From: a virus
Lineage: Duplodnaviria > Heunggongvirae > Uroviricota > Caudoviricetes
DNA length: 31,147 nucleotides
Reading direction: 5' to 3' (one strand)
IMG/VR virus record: IMGVR_UViG_2671180864_000006
Both the position numbers and the translations under genes were made by a program. Every line of letters begins with the position of its first letter. Positions within the stretch are counted from its first letter, which is position 1. Shown here one piece after another: positions 7,924 to 16,562 of this stretch. Below the pieces are notes generated by a model. The model had not been told where the DNA came from, ran no database searches, and was given only the letters and a program-made list of their open reading frames with translations.

Positions 7924-10746
7924 ATGACGGCAGAGTACATCAGGGACTGGCAACAACCGCGCCACGCAGTGGGGCGTGAAGGAACGGGGATCCCCGCTCC
8001 TGAATCCGCGCTTTCCTCCTGGCTGGATGCCCACCGGGCAGAGAACGAGCGCCGCCAGGAAATGGCTGATGCGGCGTTCTCCGCCACGCCACTGGGCAAC
8101 CTGATTAATAAAAGCCTGGACGCACAGGAAAAACAGGACAAAACCATCACACTGGCAGGAGACGCCAGAAAACAGGCACGCGGCGCGGTGGATGAAGCCA
8201 TGGCCTCGCTGCGCCTGCTGCCGTCCTATCTGCGCGATCCGCTTATTCGCCACCTCTCCTTCCTGCGCAAAAAACAGGAAGCCGATCGCCGGAAAGGCAA
8301 AAAGAGCTGGCAGGCGGAACGCTATGCACGCGGAACCCTGCGCAAAATATTCGAACGTCTGGATCGCACTGACGGACACTGGCTGACACCGGGTTATCGC
8401 TCCCTTGCCGGACGTGAACGCCTGGACGATTTGCTTTACCTGCCGCAACTCAACAAACACCAGATACAGACGCTGGCCACCATGACGGCGGCGATGTTCA
8501 GCAGCACCTTCGAAAAACTCTGCGATGGTTTTGGCGCGACTGATGGCGAGCTGACCATGGATGTAACGCTGAAGGCGTATCAGATGCTGGCCCGCATGGC
8601 GTTACACTTACACGCCATGCCTCCGCATTATGACGCACTGACAACAGACAAAGACCGGAGGCACGAACCGGACACAGAACTGCTGCCGGGCGCAATCCTT
8701 CGCCTGACCTGTGCGGAATGGTGGAAACGCAAACTGTGGCTGTTACGTTGCGAGTGGAGAGAAGAACAACTTCGCGCCGCCTGTCTGGTTTCCAGAAAAA
8801 CATCGCCCTATCTGAGCCAGGACGCGTTAAGCGAGTTTCGCGCACAGCGCGAGAAAACACGCGATTTCCTGAAAAGTTTCATGCTGGAAAATGAAGACGG
8901 GTTCACGATTGATCTCGAGACGGTGTATTACGCGGGAGTAAGTAACCCGGTTCACCGTAAGGCAGAAATGATGGCCACCATGAAGGGGCTGGAACTTCTG
9001 GCCGAAGCCCGTGGCGACAAAGCGGTGTTTCTGACTGTCACCTGCCCGTCAAAATACCACGCCACAACGGAGAACGGTCATCCGAATCCCAAATGGAACG
9101 GGGCCACAATGCGCGACTCCAGCGATTACCTGGTTAACACGTTTTTTGCGACGGTCCGCAAAAAACTGAACCGCGACGGCCTGCGCTGGTATGGCATCCG
9201 CACGGCGGAGCCTCACCATGACGGCACCGTGCACTGGCATATGATGGTCTTTGCTCATCCGGAAGAAATCGACACCATTGTGTCCCACACCCGCGATATT
9301 GCCATTCAGGAAGATCGTCACGAGCTGGGCGATGACATAACTCCGCGCTTTAAGGCGGAGTATGTAGACGGCTCAAAAGGCACGCCAACCAGCTACATCG
9401 CCACCTACATCGGGAAAAACCTGGACAGCCGCGCCGTGGATGGCATCGACCCGAAAACGGGCAAGCCACGCGTTGACCACGAAACCGGAAAATCAATGGC
9501 CGAGAGCGTGGAACGCGCCATCGGCTGGGCGCGCCTTCACCGGGTCCGCCAGTTCCAGTTCTTTGGCATCCCCTCCCGCCAGGTATGGCGTGAACTGCGC
9601 CGCCTTGCCAGCCAGATGGCACGCAACCCGGAAGGCCCGCAACGGCTGAAGGATGACGCAATGGATGCGGTTCTTGCCGCCGCTGATGCCGGATGTTTTG
9701 CCACCTACATAGAGAAACAGGGCGGCGTACTTGTTCCACGCAAAGACTACCTGATTCGCACCGCCTACGACCTCGCCGATGAGCTGAACGATTACGGCGA
9801 ACAGAGCGTACAGATTTACGGGATCTGGTCACCACTCATCGGGGAATCCTCCCGTGTGTGCACGCATCCGGATAACTGGAAGCTGGTAAGACGCAAACCG
9901 GAAGCGGAAGACAGCGCCCGCGAAAATGGTTTTGACCTTCAGGGCGGCCCTGCCGCCCCTTGGACTCGTGGCAATAACTGTCCCCGTGTACAGGAAACGG
10001 ACAACAACGGGACAGAACAGCCGGAAGAACGGCCAGCACCGTGGCCGCAGCTCCCTGACGGCGTTGATGTGGATGAATGGATGCGCTCACTGAAACGGCA
10101 CGAACGCCGGGCGCTGATGCGTTCGCTTCGTGACAAACAGGCAAAAAACAGCAGTGATGAAATGCAGAGCTGGACACAGAGCCGCAAACAGCAGCGGCCT
10201 TTGCCTGATAACCACGAATTACTCGCTAAAGAATGGCGGGAGTCTGCTGAATCTCTCGGCCTGCATATCGGTGAACAACAGATGCAGCACCTGTTACGGG
10301 GCGGCAGTCTGTACGTTGACGGCAGCATCATTGCACCGCAGGGATTTGAAATTGTACGCAAACCGGATACCCGCCCGGACAGCCGAATCACGCAGCTCTG
10401 GCAGCGCCTGAGCCGTAATCATGGCGTAAGCAGCACGGAGATCCGCCATAACCCGGTCGCCAGCTATCTGACACAGCTGGGGGCATCAGACCCTGAAGCC
10501 GCCGCACGCCTGGCATCCACACTTCAGCAGGACCAGAACACCATGAAAACACCCGTTACCGTGCTTTCTGACATGCTGCGCGCCATCCGCGACGCAGAGC
10601 ACGCACAGAGAATCAGTGAAACCACTGAACGCGCCCGCCGCAAAGCAGACCTGCTGCGGGGTGGCCTGACCAGTGGAAACAAAAAACAGACAGAAACGGG
10701 ACTCACGAATCCCGTAAATGAGCAAAAAACGCGCAGCGATATATGA
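7924..10746 (+). CDS. A: Replication initiation endonuclease, P2 gpA-like (rolling-circle HUH)
   Basis: 940-aa ORF with HUH motif (GTVHWHMMVFA) and paired-tyrosine motif (SYIATYIGKN); carries a long low-complexity C-terminal region that makes it longer than P2 gpA as recalled. Confidence 0.88.
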   Translation: MTAEYIRDWQQPRHAVGREGTGIPAPESALSSWLDAHRAENERRQEMADAAFSATPLGNLINKSLDAQEKQDKTITLAGDARKQARGAVDEAMASLRLLPSYLRDPLIRHLSFLRKKQEADRRKGKKSWQAERYARGTLRKIFERLDRTDGHWLTPGYRSLAGRERLDDLLYLPQLNKHQIQTLATMTAAMFSSTFEKLCDGFGATDGELTMDVTLKAYQMLARMALHLHAMPPHYDALTTDKDRRHEPDTELLPGAILRLTCAEWWKRKLWLLRCEWREEQLRAACLVSRKTSPYLSQDALSEFRAQREKTRDFLKSFMLENEDGFTIDLETVYYAGVSNPVHRKAEMMATMKGLELLAEARGDKAVFLTVTCPSKYHATTENGHPNPKWNGATMRDSSDYLVNTFFATVRKKLNRDGLRWYGIRTAEPHHDGTVHWHMMVFAHPEEIDTIVSHTRDIAIQEDRHELGDDITPRFKAEYVDGSKGTPTSYIATYIGKNLDSRAVDGIDPKTGKPRVDHETGKSMAESVERAIGWARLHRVRQFQFFGIPSRQVWRELRRLASQMARNPEGPQRLKDDAMDAVLAAADAGCFATYIEKQGGVLVPRKDYLIRTAYDLADELNDYGEQSVQIYGIWSPLIGESSRVCTHPDNWKLVRRKPEAEDSARENGFDLQGGPAAPWTRGNNCPRVQETDNNGTEQPEERPAPWPQLPDGVDVDEWMRSLKRHERRALMRSLRDKQAKNSSDEMQSWTQSRKQQRPLPDNHELLAKEWRESAESLGLHIGEQQMQHLLRGGSLYVDGSIIAPQGFEIVRKPDTRPDSRITQLWQRLSRNHGVSSTEIRHNPVASYLTQLGASDPEAAARLASTLQQDQNTMKTPVTVLSDMLRAIRDAEHAQRISETTERARRKADLLRGGLTSGNKKQTETGLTNPVNEQKTRSDI

Positions 10747-10790
10747 AGCGCGCACAAAACAGGCAAAAACGGGATTTCAGAATCCCGTAA
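10693..10790. promoter_or_regulatory. Two 25-bp palindrome-containing repeats, candidate ParR operator/centromere
   Basis: AAACGGGACTCACGAATCCCGTAAA (about 10695-10719) and AAACGGGATTTCAGAATCCCGTAAA (about 10768-10792); each has 8-bp inverted arms ACGGGAnT/AnTCCCGT; one overlaps the 3' end of A, the other lies about 30 bp upstream of the parM-like start. Confidence 0.45.
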
Positions 10791-10822
10791 ACGATTAATT
10801 AATCAACATAAGGAAAAGCGAC

Positions 10823-11782
10823 ATGAAAATTTGTATCGACGACGGCTCCACCAACATCAAGCTGGCATGGACTGAGAACGGCGAACGCCGCAACGCCATC
10901 AGCCCGAACAGCTTCAAGTCGGAATGGTCTGCGCCGTTCGGTGGCATGCAGCCCGCGAACTACATGCTTGATGGCGTGCGCTATGGTTTTGATCCGGTCA
11001 GCGATCGCTTTGTCCAGACAACCGACACGCAATACCAGTACAGCGATGTAAATGTCATTGCCATTCATCACGCGCTGGTCAAATCAGGCATCACGCCACA
11101 GGAGGTGGATGTGGTTGTCACCCTGCCACTGAGCGAGTATTTCGACACAAACGCACAGCCGGACATGGCCAACATCAACCGCAAAAAAGCGAACGTTATG
11201 CGCCCGGTGGAGTACCAGAACGGCGAAGCATTCACTATCCGTAACGTGCGGGTTATGCCTGAATCCATTCCGGCTGGCTTTAAGGCACTGGCTGACATGA
11301 GTCCGTTTGAATCCCTGCTGATTGTGGATTTGGGCGGAACCACGCTGGATGTGGCAAAGGTTCAGGGGCAACTGGCAGGTATCAGCCAGGTGTTTTGCGA
11401 TCCACACGTAGGCGTTTCTCTGATGGCCGATGCCGTACTGTCGGTGATGGCCACTAACGGTATGCGCACCAGTCACCACATCGCCAATACCATTATCGAA
11501 CATCGCCATGATGAAGCCTGGCTGCGCCAGCACATCCACAATGACGCGCATTACGCCAGCCTGATGGCGGTTATTCGTGAAAAGGAAGAAACACTGAAAC
11601 AACGCGTGATCCGCGCGCTGGCGGGTTTTTCGGGTTACGGGCGGGTGATGGTTGTCGGTGGAGGGGCGGAGATTGTGGCACCCGCTATCCGCGAAGCCTG
11701 CGGAGTTAATGCGACTTTCATCGCGGACGGGGTGCCACAGTTTGCTCTGGTTAATGGGCTGTACGCAATGGACAAGGAGTAA
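10823..11782 (+). CDS. parM: Actin-like segregation ATPase, ParM/StbA family
   Basis: 319-aa ORF with actin-fold phosphate-1 (ICIDDGSTNIKL), phosphate-2 (IVDLGGTTLDV) and adenosine (VMVVGGGAEI) motifs, plus several short blocks matching plasmid R1 ParM as recalled (SPNSFK, YSDVNV, INRKK, LVNGLY). Confidence 0.8.
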   Translation: MKICIDDGSTNIKLAWTENGERRNAISPNSFKSEWSAPFGGMQPANYMLDGVRYGFDPVSDRFVQTTDTQYQYSDVNVIAIHHALVKSGITPQEVDVVVTLPLSEYFDTNAQPDMANINRKKANVMRPVEYQNGEAFTIRNVRVMPESIPAGFKALADMSPFESLLIVDLGGTTLDVAKVQGQLAGISQVFCDPHVGVSLMADAVLSVMATNGMRTSHHIANTIIEHRHDEAWLRQHIHNDAHYASLMAVIREKEETLKQRVIRALAGFSGYGRVMVVGGGAEIVAPAIREACGVNATFIADGVPQFALVNGLYAMDKE

Positions 11783-11786
11783 ACCA

Positions 11787-12098
11787 ATGACGACACCAAC
11801 CAGACGGATAAGTTTCTATCTGAAGCCTGCGGCCGTCAAGAACGAAAGCGAAGCATGCGCCTGGCTGGGCAGCCTTACACCAGAAGCCCGCAAAAGCGGC
11901 CAACGCGTGGCTTTTCTGGCCGGGCTGGCACTTCTGAAAATGAATCCAGCAGAGGCTTACCGACTGGCTGCATGGGCTGACGATGAGGCGTTATCGGTGA
12001 CACAAACCAGGACAGAACGCCCCGTGCCACAGCCAGTACCAACCGCACAGATAACCAGTCAGATAGCAGGGAATATCCGGGCATTATTTCCTGAATGA
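11787..12098 (+). CDS. parR: ParR/StbB-like small DNA-binding adaptor
   Basis: 103 aa from the ATG 5 nt after the parM stop, with AAGGAG RBS; resembles ParR in size and N-terminal pattern (ISFYLKP, RVAFLAGLAL), from memory. The track's 148-aa form overlaps parM and is rejected. Confidence 0.55.
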   Translation: MTTPTRRISFYLKPAAVKNESEACAWLGSLTPEARKSGQRVAFLAGLALLKMNPAEAYRLAAWADDEALSVTQTRTERPVPQPVPTAQITSQIAGNIRALFPE

Positions 12099-12158
12099 CG
12101 AATTTGACGGCTTTTAATTTTATCGGGGTGCACTGTCGCCCCGCACGAGGAAAACACG

Positions 12159-12683
12159 ATGAAAAAATACGAATACATGCTAATGAAAGAAGCACTGCGG
12201 GCTGGTCTGGCTCCCTGTCCTGTATCCGTAGAAGCTGTTGTTGGGAACACGATTTTCCGAACGCTGCGAAATCGCGTATCCGTGAAGATGGTTCACCAAC
12301 CACCCAAATCTACCAGCATGATCTATCTGCCGCTGCCCGAGGCTATCAAACTTATGCGTTCGCTGAAATTTGCGATTTGGATGCAGACACAAATCAACAA
12401 AGCGGTGCAAAACACCTTCGTTAAGAGACTAATACCGGAGCTTGCTGCCAGATGTGCAAAATGTACCAGACCCGCACTTCAATTTGATCTGTCATTGATT
12501 CAACAAGCTACGGAGGCAGAACTGTACCGCCTGTCACCTATCCGTGATGCTCACACGGAAGCATCAGAAATGTTCCGGCTCATGTTTCAATTTAATTTTG
12601 CCGTTCGACGCACACGCGTTCAGGTCAATCGCATGATGCAGGAGCAGGAAGAGTTAACACAGTACAAAGGGGGCAGCCAGTGA
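12159..12683 (+). CDS. Hypothetical protein, accessory-locus cargo
   Basis: 174-aa ORF with GAGGA RBS; no recognisable motifs. Confidence 0.55.
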   Translation: MKKYEYMLMKEALRAGLAPCPVSVEAVVGNTIFRTLRNRVSVKMVHQPPKSTSMIYLPLPEAIKLMRSLKFAIWMQTQINKAVQNTFVKRLIPELAARCAKCTRPALQFDLSLIQQATEAELYRLSPIRDAHTEASEMFRLMFQFNFAVRRTRVQVNRMMQEQEELTQYKGGSQ

Positions 12684-12919
12684 GTAATTCAGCACGACTA
12701 CAGCTTGGTTTTTCACCGCTATCAAAAACCATCGTATTGGCAAAAATGCGTGACTTAGGAGACGGAACAAAACGCCGCGTAGGAAATGATCGCGGTCGCG
12801 ATGTAACCAACGAGGCCGCTCAACTCGTTTGGCATCTAGTCATGGCAGAAGGCGGTGAAATTAATTGGGAGCTGGATGATGGTTCTCGTATGATTTTGAG
12901 GGCCGAGAAGAGTAAATAG
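12680..12919 (+). CDS. Hypothetical small protein, accessory-locus cargo
   Basis: 79-aa ORF; GTG start overlaps the upstream stop (GTGA), indicating translational coupling. Confidence 0.45.
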   Translation: MSNSARLQLGFSPLSKTIVLAKMRDLGDGTKRRVGNDRGRDVTNEAAQLVWHLVMAEGGEINWELDDGSRMILRAEKSK

Positions 12920-12933
12920 CTCAAGGGGGATTA

Positions 12934-13119
12934 ATGCTAAATGATGATGAAGAAGAGCTGCTTATGCAGGAATGGTCGCTCGGTGATTATGATAATGGTG
13001 AAAATGGGTGCCCGCATTGTGGCCGTTATCGTTTATGTATCTGCCAGAATGGAAAACACAGATGTGAAAAGTGCAATTGGTCTCCGGAACTTAATGACTA
13101 CGTGCCGATCGAGTGGTAG
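12934..13119 (+). CDS. Hypothetical Cys-rich zinc-finger-like small protein
   Basis: 61-aa ORF with AAGGGGG RBS; Cys cluster CPHCGRYRLCICQNGKHRCEKC. Confidence 0.5.
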   Translation: MLNDDEEELLMQEWSLGDYDNGENGCPHCGRYRLCICQNGKHRCEKCNWSPELNDYVPIEW

Positions 13120-13159
13120 AGGTAAGTCACACTAGGTGTTTTTTAGTTGATTTTATAAA

Positions 13160-13267
13160 TGCACAATAGTGCACAAATTTGCACAATTTTTTTGAACGAC
13201 TTTTTGCCCTTCCGGCCCGCGTGGCGGCTGGATCCGTCAAGGATCCGTGCATGCACAAAAAAACGCG
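13160..13267. repeat. Helically phased TGCACAA repeats and GGATCCGT direct repeat in the cos-proximal region
   Basis: TGCACAA at 13160, 13170 and 13180 (10-bp period) and again near 13250; GGATCCGT twice (13230-13237, 13241-13248); a GCGTGGCGG motif at about 13219-13227 resembles the start of P2/186-type cohesive ends. Confidence 0.5.
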
Positions 13268-13560
13268 TTTTTTCTGCGCGCAGGTGACGGGGGAACAGCC
13301 CGCGTTTCAGGGGGTAAATAGCATTCCCTGAACGATGTCGCAGAGATACAACAGAATGGCTGTATTTCTCACGCTGAGCGTGAAAAAGACGTGAGGGCTT
13401 TTGATTTGATGGGGTGAAAGGTAAGGCCGTCAAAATCGCACTGAGACGGCGAGAATATGCAGTCAACGAGGTGGGATTGCGTAAGAGTCTGACTGTCGAT
13501 GATGGCAATCAGCAGGAAAGCGTCGTGAAATTATCTGACTGATACAGGAGCTGGAGAGTC

Positions 13561-13583
13561 GGGGCATAAATTTTTTATGCCCC
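13561..13583 (-). terminator. Hairpin downstream of portal gene Q (terminator-like)
   Basis: Near-perfect palindrome GGGGCATAAA-TTT-TTTATGCCCC about 28 nt after the Q stop; no separate U-tract follows, so terminator function is uncertain. Confidence 0.35.
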
Positions 13584-13610
13584 GGCGAAGCAGCAGACAA
13601 GCGAAGCGCG

Positions 13611-14657
13611 TCAGGATGTGGGCTGGGTGTCTAACAGTGCGTAAGGGTTAAAGCGGATCACCTCTTCGCCAAGCCAGTCATTGATGTGCTTCATGGCCTC
13701 CATGACGGGCATCAGCTCGTTAATTGCGTAAACCCGCGCGGCCTTCTCCACATCACCAAACGCACTTTTTTCGCCCGGCATCGCCCCCATCAGTTGCGGC
13801 GGAACGCGGTGCGCAGCCAGCACATCATCACGGGATGCCGCCTTAACATTCATGAACTCATCCTTTGCGGTGATCTGCTGGAACGGCAAAATTTGCACCC
13901 CCTCTTTGCCCCCGTTGGGCGCATGAATGAGCACGTTTTTAAACGCACCACCACCACGTGCCCCCTGTAGCGTTTCTTTCAGGGAGTCCATGCTTTCGCG
14001 GTTTACCTGCGCTGCACCGATGTAGATGATGCACCCGGCGTGGGATCCGTTGTCGTAGTACAGTTTTCTGAACATGTCCGCCGAATGAGAAAGGCTGGCC
14101 GAGAGTAATGCGCCAAGATATTCCGGCATGCCGTAGATTTCCTGGTTAATATCCGGATTCATCAGGTGGCACACTTTGCCAGGACGAAACTGAAACGCAT
14201 CCTTGCCATCCTGCACATACCACCATGATTCAAGATCGCTTCCGCGTCGCATGTATTTCGCCAGGGCGTGCCGTAATTTAAGCGGTTCGCCGAGCATATT
14301 GCTCCGAAGCTCAAGGAATGCGTTACCGAACACAAACCAGTCCAGCGCCAGCGCCGAGAAATCCTGCCGGGAAAGCAGCGGGTGCGGAATATAGCAGCCG
14401 AGCAATACATTGCGCTTAAAGTAAAGCGCAGACTGATGCCAGGACGTTTGCCGGGCAGCTCTTGCCAGACCGTACCAGTCCACCGGGGTTTCATACCACC
14501 GCCCGTTATCAGCACAGTACATATTGTCCAGCAGGTCATGCCCGGTCAGGCGGTAAGGACCATCAAATGTGAATGCACTGAGCGACGATTCTTTCCTGAG
14601 CGCATCAGCGAGATCAATGCGTGAACTCATGCGCACTTTTTTATTTTTTCTGCTCAT
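13611..14657 (-). CDS. Q: Portal protein, P2 gpQ-like
   Basis: 348-aa ORF adjacent to and co-oriented with the terminase large subunit, leftmost gene next to cos as in P2. Confidence 0.85.
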   Translation of the reverse strand: MSRKNKKVRMSSRIDLADALRKESSLSAFTFDGPYRLTGHDLLDNMYCADNGRWYETPVDWYGLARAARQTSWHQSALYFKRNVLLGCYIPHPLLSRQDFSALALDWFVFGNAFLELRSNMLGEPLKLRHALAKYMRRGSDLESWWYVQDGKDAFQFRPGKVCHLMNPDINQEIYGMPEYLGALLSASLSHSADMFRKLYYDNGSHAGCIIYIGAAQVNRESMDSLKETLQGARGGGAFKNVLIHAPNGGKEGVQILPFQQITAKDEFMNVKAASRDDVLAAHRVPPQLMGAMPGEKSAFGDVEKAARVYAINELMPVMEAMKHINDWLGEEVIRFNPYALLDTQPTS

Positions 14658-16408
14658 CAGAACTCCATAACCGTGAAACGCTCGTTTTCTCCTTCGCCGC
14701 CAATCGGTTCGTTAATGACAGCAAGCATGGTTGCCCACGCAAGGTCGCCGTGGCTGATCCCCCTCGCGCGGTCCGTTTCGTAAGTGATAAAACCGCCCGG
14801 TGTTTTCACCTTACGCACGGCGTTAAAGGCCGCAACCAGCTCGCGTTCGGCGCGATCGTATTCCCACCGCCCGGCACGCATTATTTGCAGCATTTTCAGT
14901 ACCAGCGACCGTTTTGATGACAGCGTGAAGGTGTAAGGGATGGCGGCGGGAAAAAACCGTTTCACTATCTGATAGACGGCATCCCCGTGCCCGCCCGTCG
15001 CATCAATGCCGATGTGTTCCACGTTGTAGCGATACGTGAACTCTTCAATAACTCTGGCCTGCTCTTCAAATTCCAGCCCCTGAACGCGTCGCGTCTCCAC
15101 CGTTCTGAAACGACCACCAGGAACAGCCGGAGGAACCACCACGGACACAGCGCCGCTGTCGCCGTTACCACTGCTGCCGTTTGCGTCATACCCAATCCAT
15201 ACCGGACGATTCCCCATCGGGCGGGGGGCAAAGGGTTTCCAGTCTTTCCAGTCGTCGTATCCGTCAACACCGCAGCCAATCAGGATATTCAGGTTAAATG
15301 CCGATTCCCCTTCGCGGACAAACTCACACATATAGAGATTGCGGAACTCGTCTTCGGTGTTTTCATCACGAATTTCATCAATATCGGTGTGTTTCCAGCC
15401 GTGATTAACCACATCTTCCAGCGTGACAATTTGCCGCCACGTCCGGTCAGGGCAGATAAGCCCGTTATGCAGCGTTTTCCAGTCCACAGAAAAACGCTGG
15501 CGTTTATGCGCGGCCTTTTTCTCGTTCCAGCGGTCGCCGTTCCAGTAGGCGTATGCCTCGTGCGTTTCGGTGGATGGCGTGGAGAAGCAGGTGCGCCGCA
15601 GTCCGCTGAGGGTTGCCATAGCGCCAGCCACCTTGCGCAGTTCAGCAAAGCGACTGACCCAGAAAAATTCATCAAAATAAAAATTGCCCGTGTAAGATTG
15701 CGCCGTCGCAGCAGAAGTGCCGAGAAAATGCATCTCTGCGCCGTTGGAGAGGATGATTTTATCGCCCCCTTTCAGCTCCACATCGACTTCAGCCGCGGCC
15801 TTCTGAATAATGCTTTTAAACTGGAACGCCTGACGACGCGACGCAGACAAAAAAATCTGGTTACGCTGGTAAGGTTGTGCCACATCGTCACGCAGCGCCA
15901 TCAGCAGTGCTTCCTGTGCAAAATACCAGGTCGCCCCAATCTGTCGGGATTTCAGGATCATCCTGTTACGTATCCCGGCTTCCCTGCAAAGCGTCAGGGA
16001 GTCAAACCAGCCCCGCTGATGCCACTCCAGCCTGCTGATGATTTTTTCCCGCAGTGCGGCAATCTGTTCCGGCGTGAAATGATTTTTGAGTTTTTTCGCC
16101 CGGCCTTTCTTTCCTGTGGCCGTCGCATCCGGCTGGCCATCATGCAGTTTTTTAAGCTGCCGGGTCAGCAGGTCTATTTCCTTAAAGTCACCACCTGTTT
16201 TATTCTGTTTTTCAGTAAGCTGGATGAGGCGCGCATCGATGGACTGCGTGACACGCTGCACGGGTGGCGTTTCATCCCACTGGTCGCGTTTTTTCCACGC
16301 ATAAATCGTGTTCGGGTTTATTCCCATCAGACGTGATATTTCTGCGGGCGGATAACCCTGCCAGTAAAGTTGCCGCGCACGCTGGCGCACAAAAGCGTCC
16401 TGAATCAT
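14657..16408 (-). CDS. P: Terminase large (ATPase) subunit, P2 gpP-like
   Basis: 583-aa ORF of P2 gpP size, divergent from the O-N-M-L operon. Confidence 0.88.
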   Translation of the reverse strand: MIQDAFVRQRARQLYWQGYPPAEISRLMGINPNTIYAWKKRDQWDETPPVQRVTQSIDARLIQLTEKQNKTGGDFKEIDLLTRQLKKLHDGQPDATATGKKGRAKKLKNHFTPEQIAALREKIISRLEWHQRGWFDSLTLCREAGIRNRMILKSRQIGATWYFAQEALLMALRDDVAQPYQRNQIFLSASRRQAFQFKSIIQKAAAEVDVELKGGDKIILSNGAEMHFLGTSAATAQSYTGNFYFDEFFWVSRFAELRKVAGAMATLSGLRRTCFSTPSTETHEAYAYWNGDRWNEKKAAHKRQRFSVDWKTLHNGLICPDRTWRQIVTLEDVVNHGWKHTDIDEIRDENTEDEFRNLYMCEFVREGESAFNLNILIGCGVDGYDDWKDWKPFAPRPMGNRPVWIGYDANGSSGNGDSGAVSVVVPPAVPGGRFRTVETRRVQGLEFEEQARVIEEFTYRYNVEHIGIDATGGHGDAVYQIVKRFFPAAIPYTFTLSSKRSLVLKMLQIMRAGRWEYDRAERELVAAFNAVRKVKTPGGFITYETDRARGISHGDLAWATMLAVINEPIGGEGENERFTVMEF

Positions 16409-16562
16409 TGCTCCCCCTGAGTAATTACAGGAAGATTACCCGCGCGCGAAACCGTTCTCCTTAACCCCCTGTTCTGGCCGTTTTCTTACAACAAAAGCCC
16501 TTTGTATCAGCCTGTTACGCTTTGCCATCATGACTGAAGAACCAGTCAGAGGGGCAAAAACT

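Noticed and set aside
7387-8460. 357-aa minus-strand ORF overlapping the 5' part of gene A
   Set aside because: Antisense to a well-supported gene with conserved motifs; Cys/Arg-rich composition typical of a GC-rich antisense frame.
9350-10391. Several 110-160-aa minus-strand ORFs inside the 3' half of gene A
   Set aside because: Antisense to A, extremely Arg/Cys/Pro-rich, consistent with GC-rich reverse-frame artefacts.
11652-11786. Longer 148-aa form of the ParR-like ORF
   Set aside because: It overlaps the parM 3' end in another frame; the ATG at 11787 sits 5 nt after the parM stop with an AAGGAG RBS.
12095-12424. 109-aa and 142-aa ORFs overlapping the 12159-12683 gene on both strands
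   Set aside because: Alternate-frame and antisense overlaps of an ORF that has a proper RBS and translational coupling to its downstream neighbour.
14987-16336. 449-aa plus-strand ORF inside the terminase large-subunit gene
   Set aside because: Antisense shadow ORF of gene P; Arg/Pro-rich with no domain signature, and the minus-strand gene is strongly supported by synteny and size.
16409-16562. Ogr-type late-activator site (TGT-N12-ACA) in the divergent P/O intergenic region
   Set aside because: Only TGT-N15-ACA-like spacings were found by eye; the region is probably a late promoter region, but no specific site could be supported.
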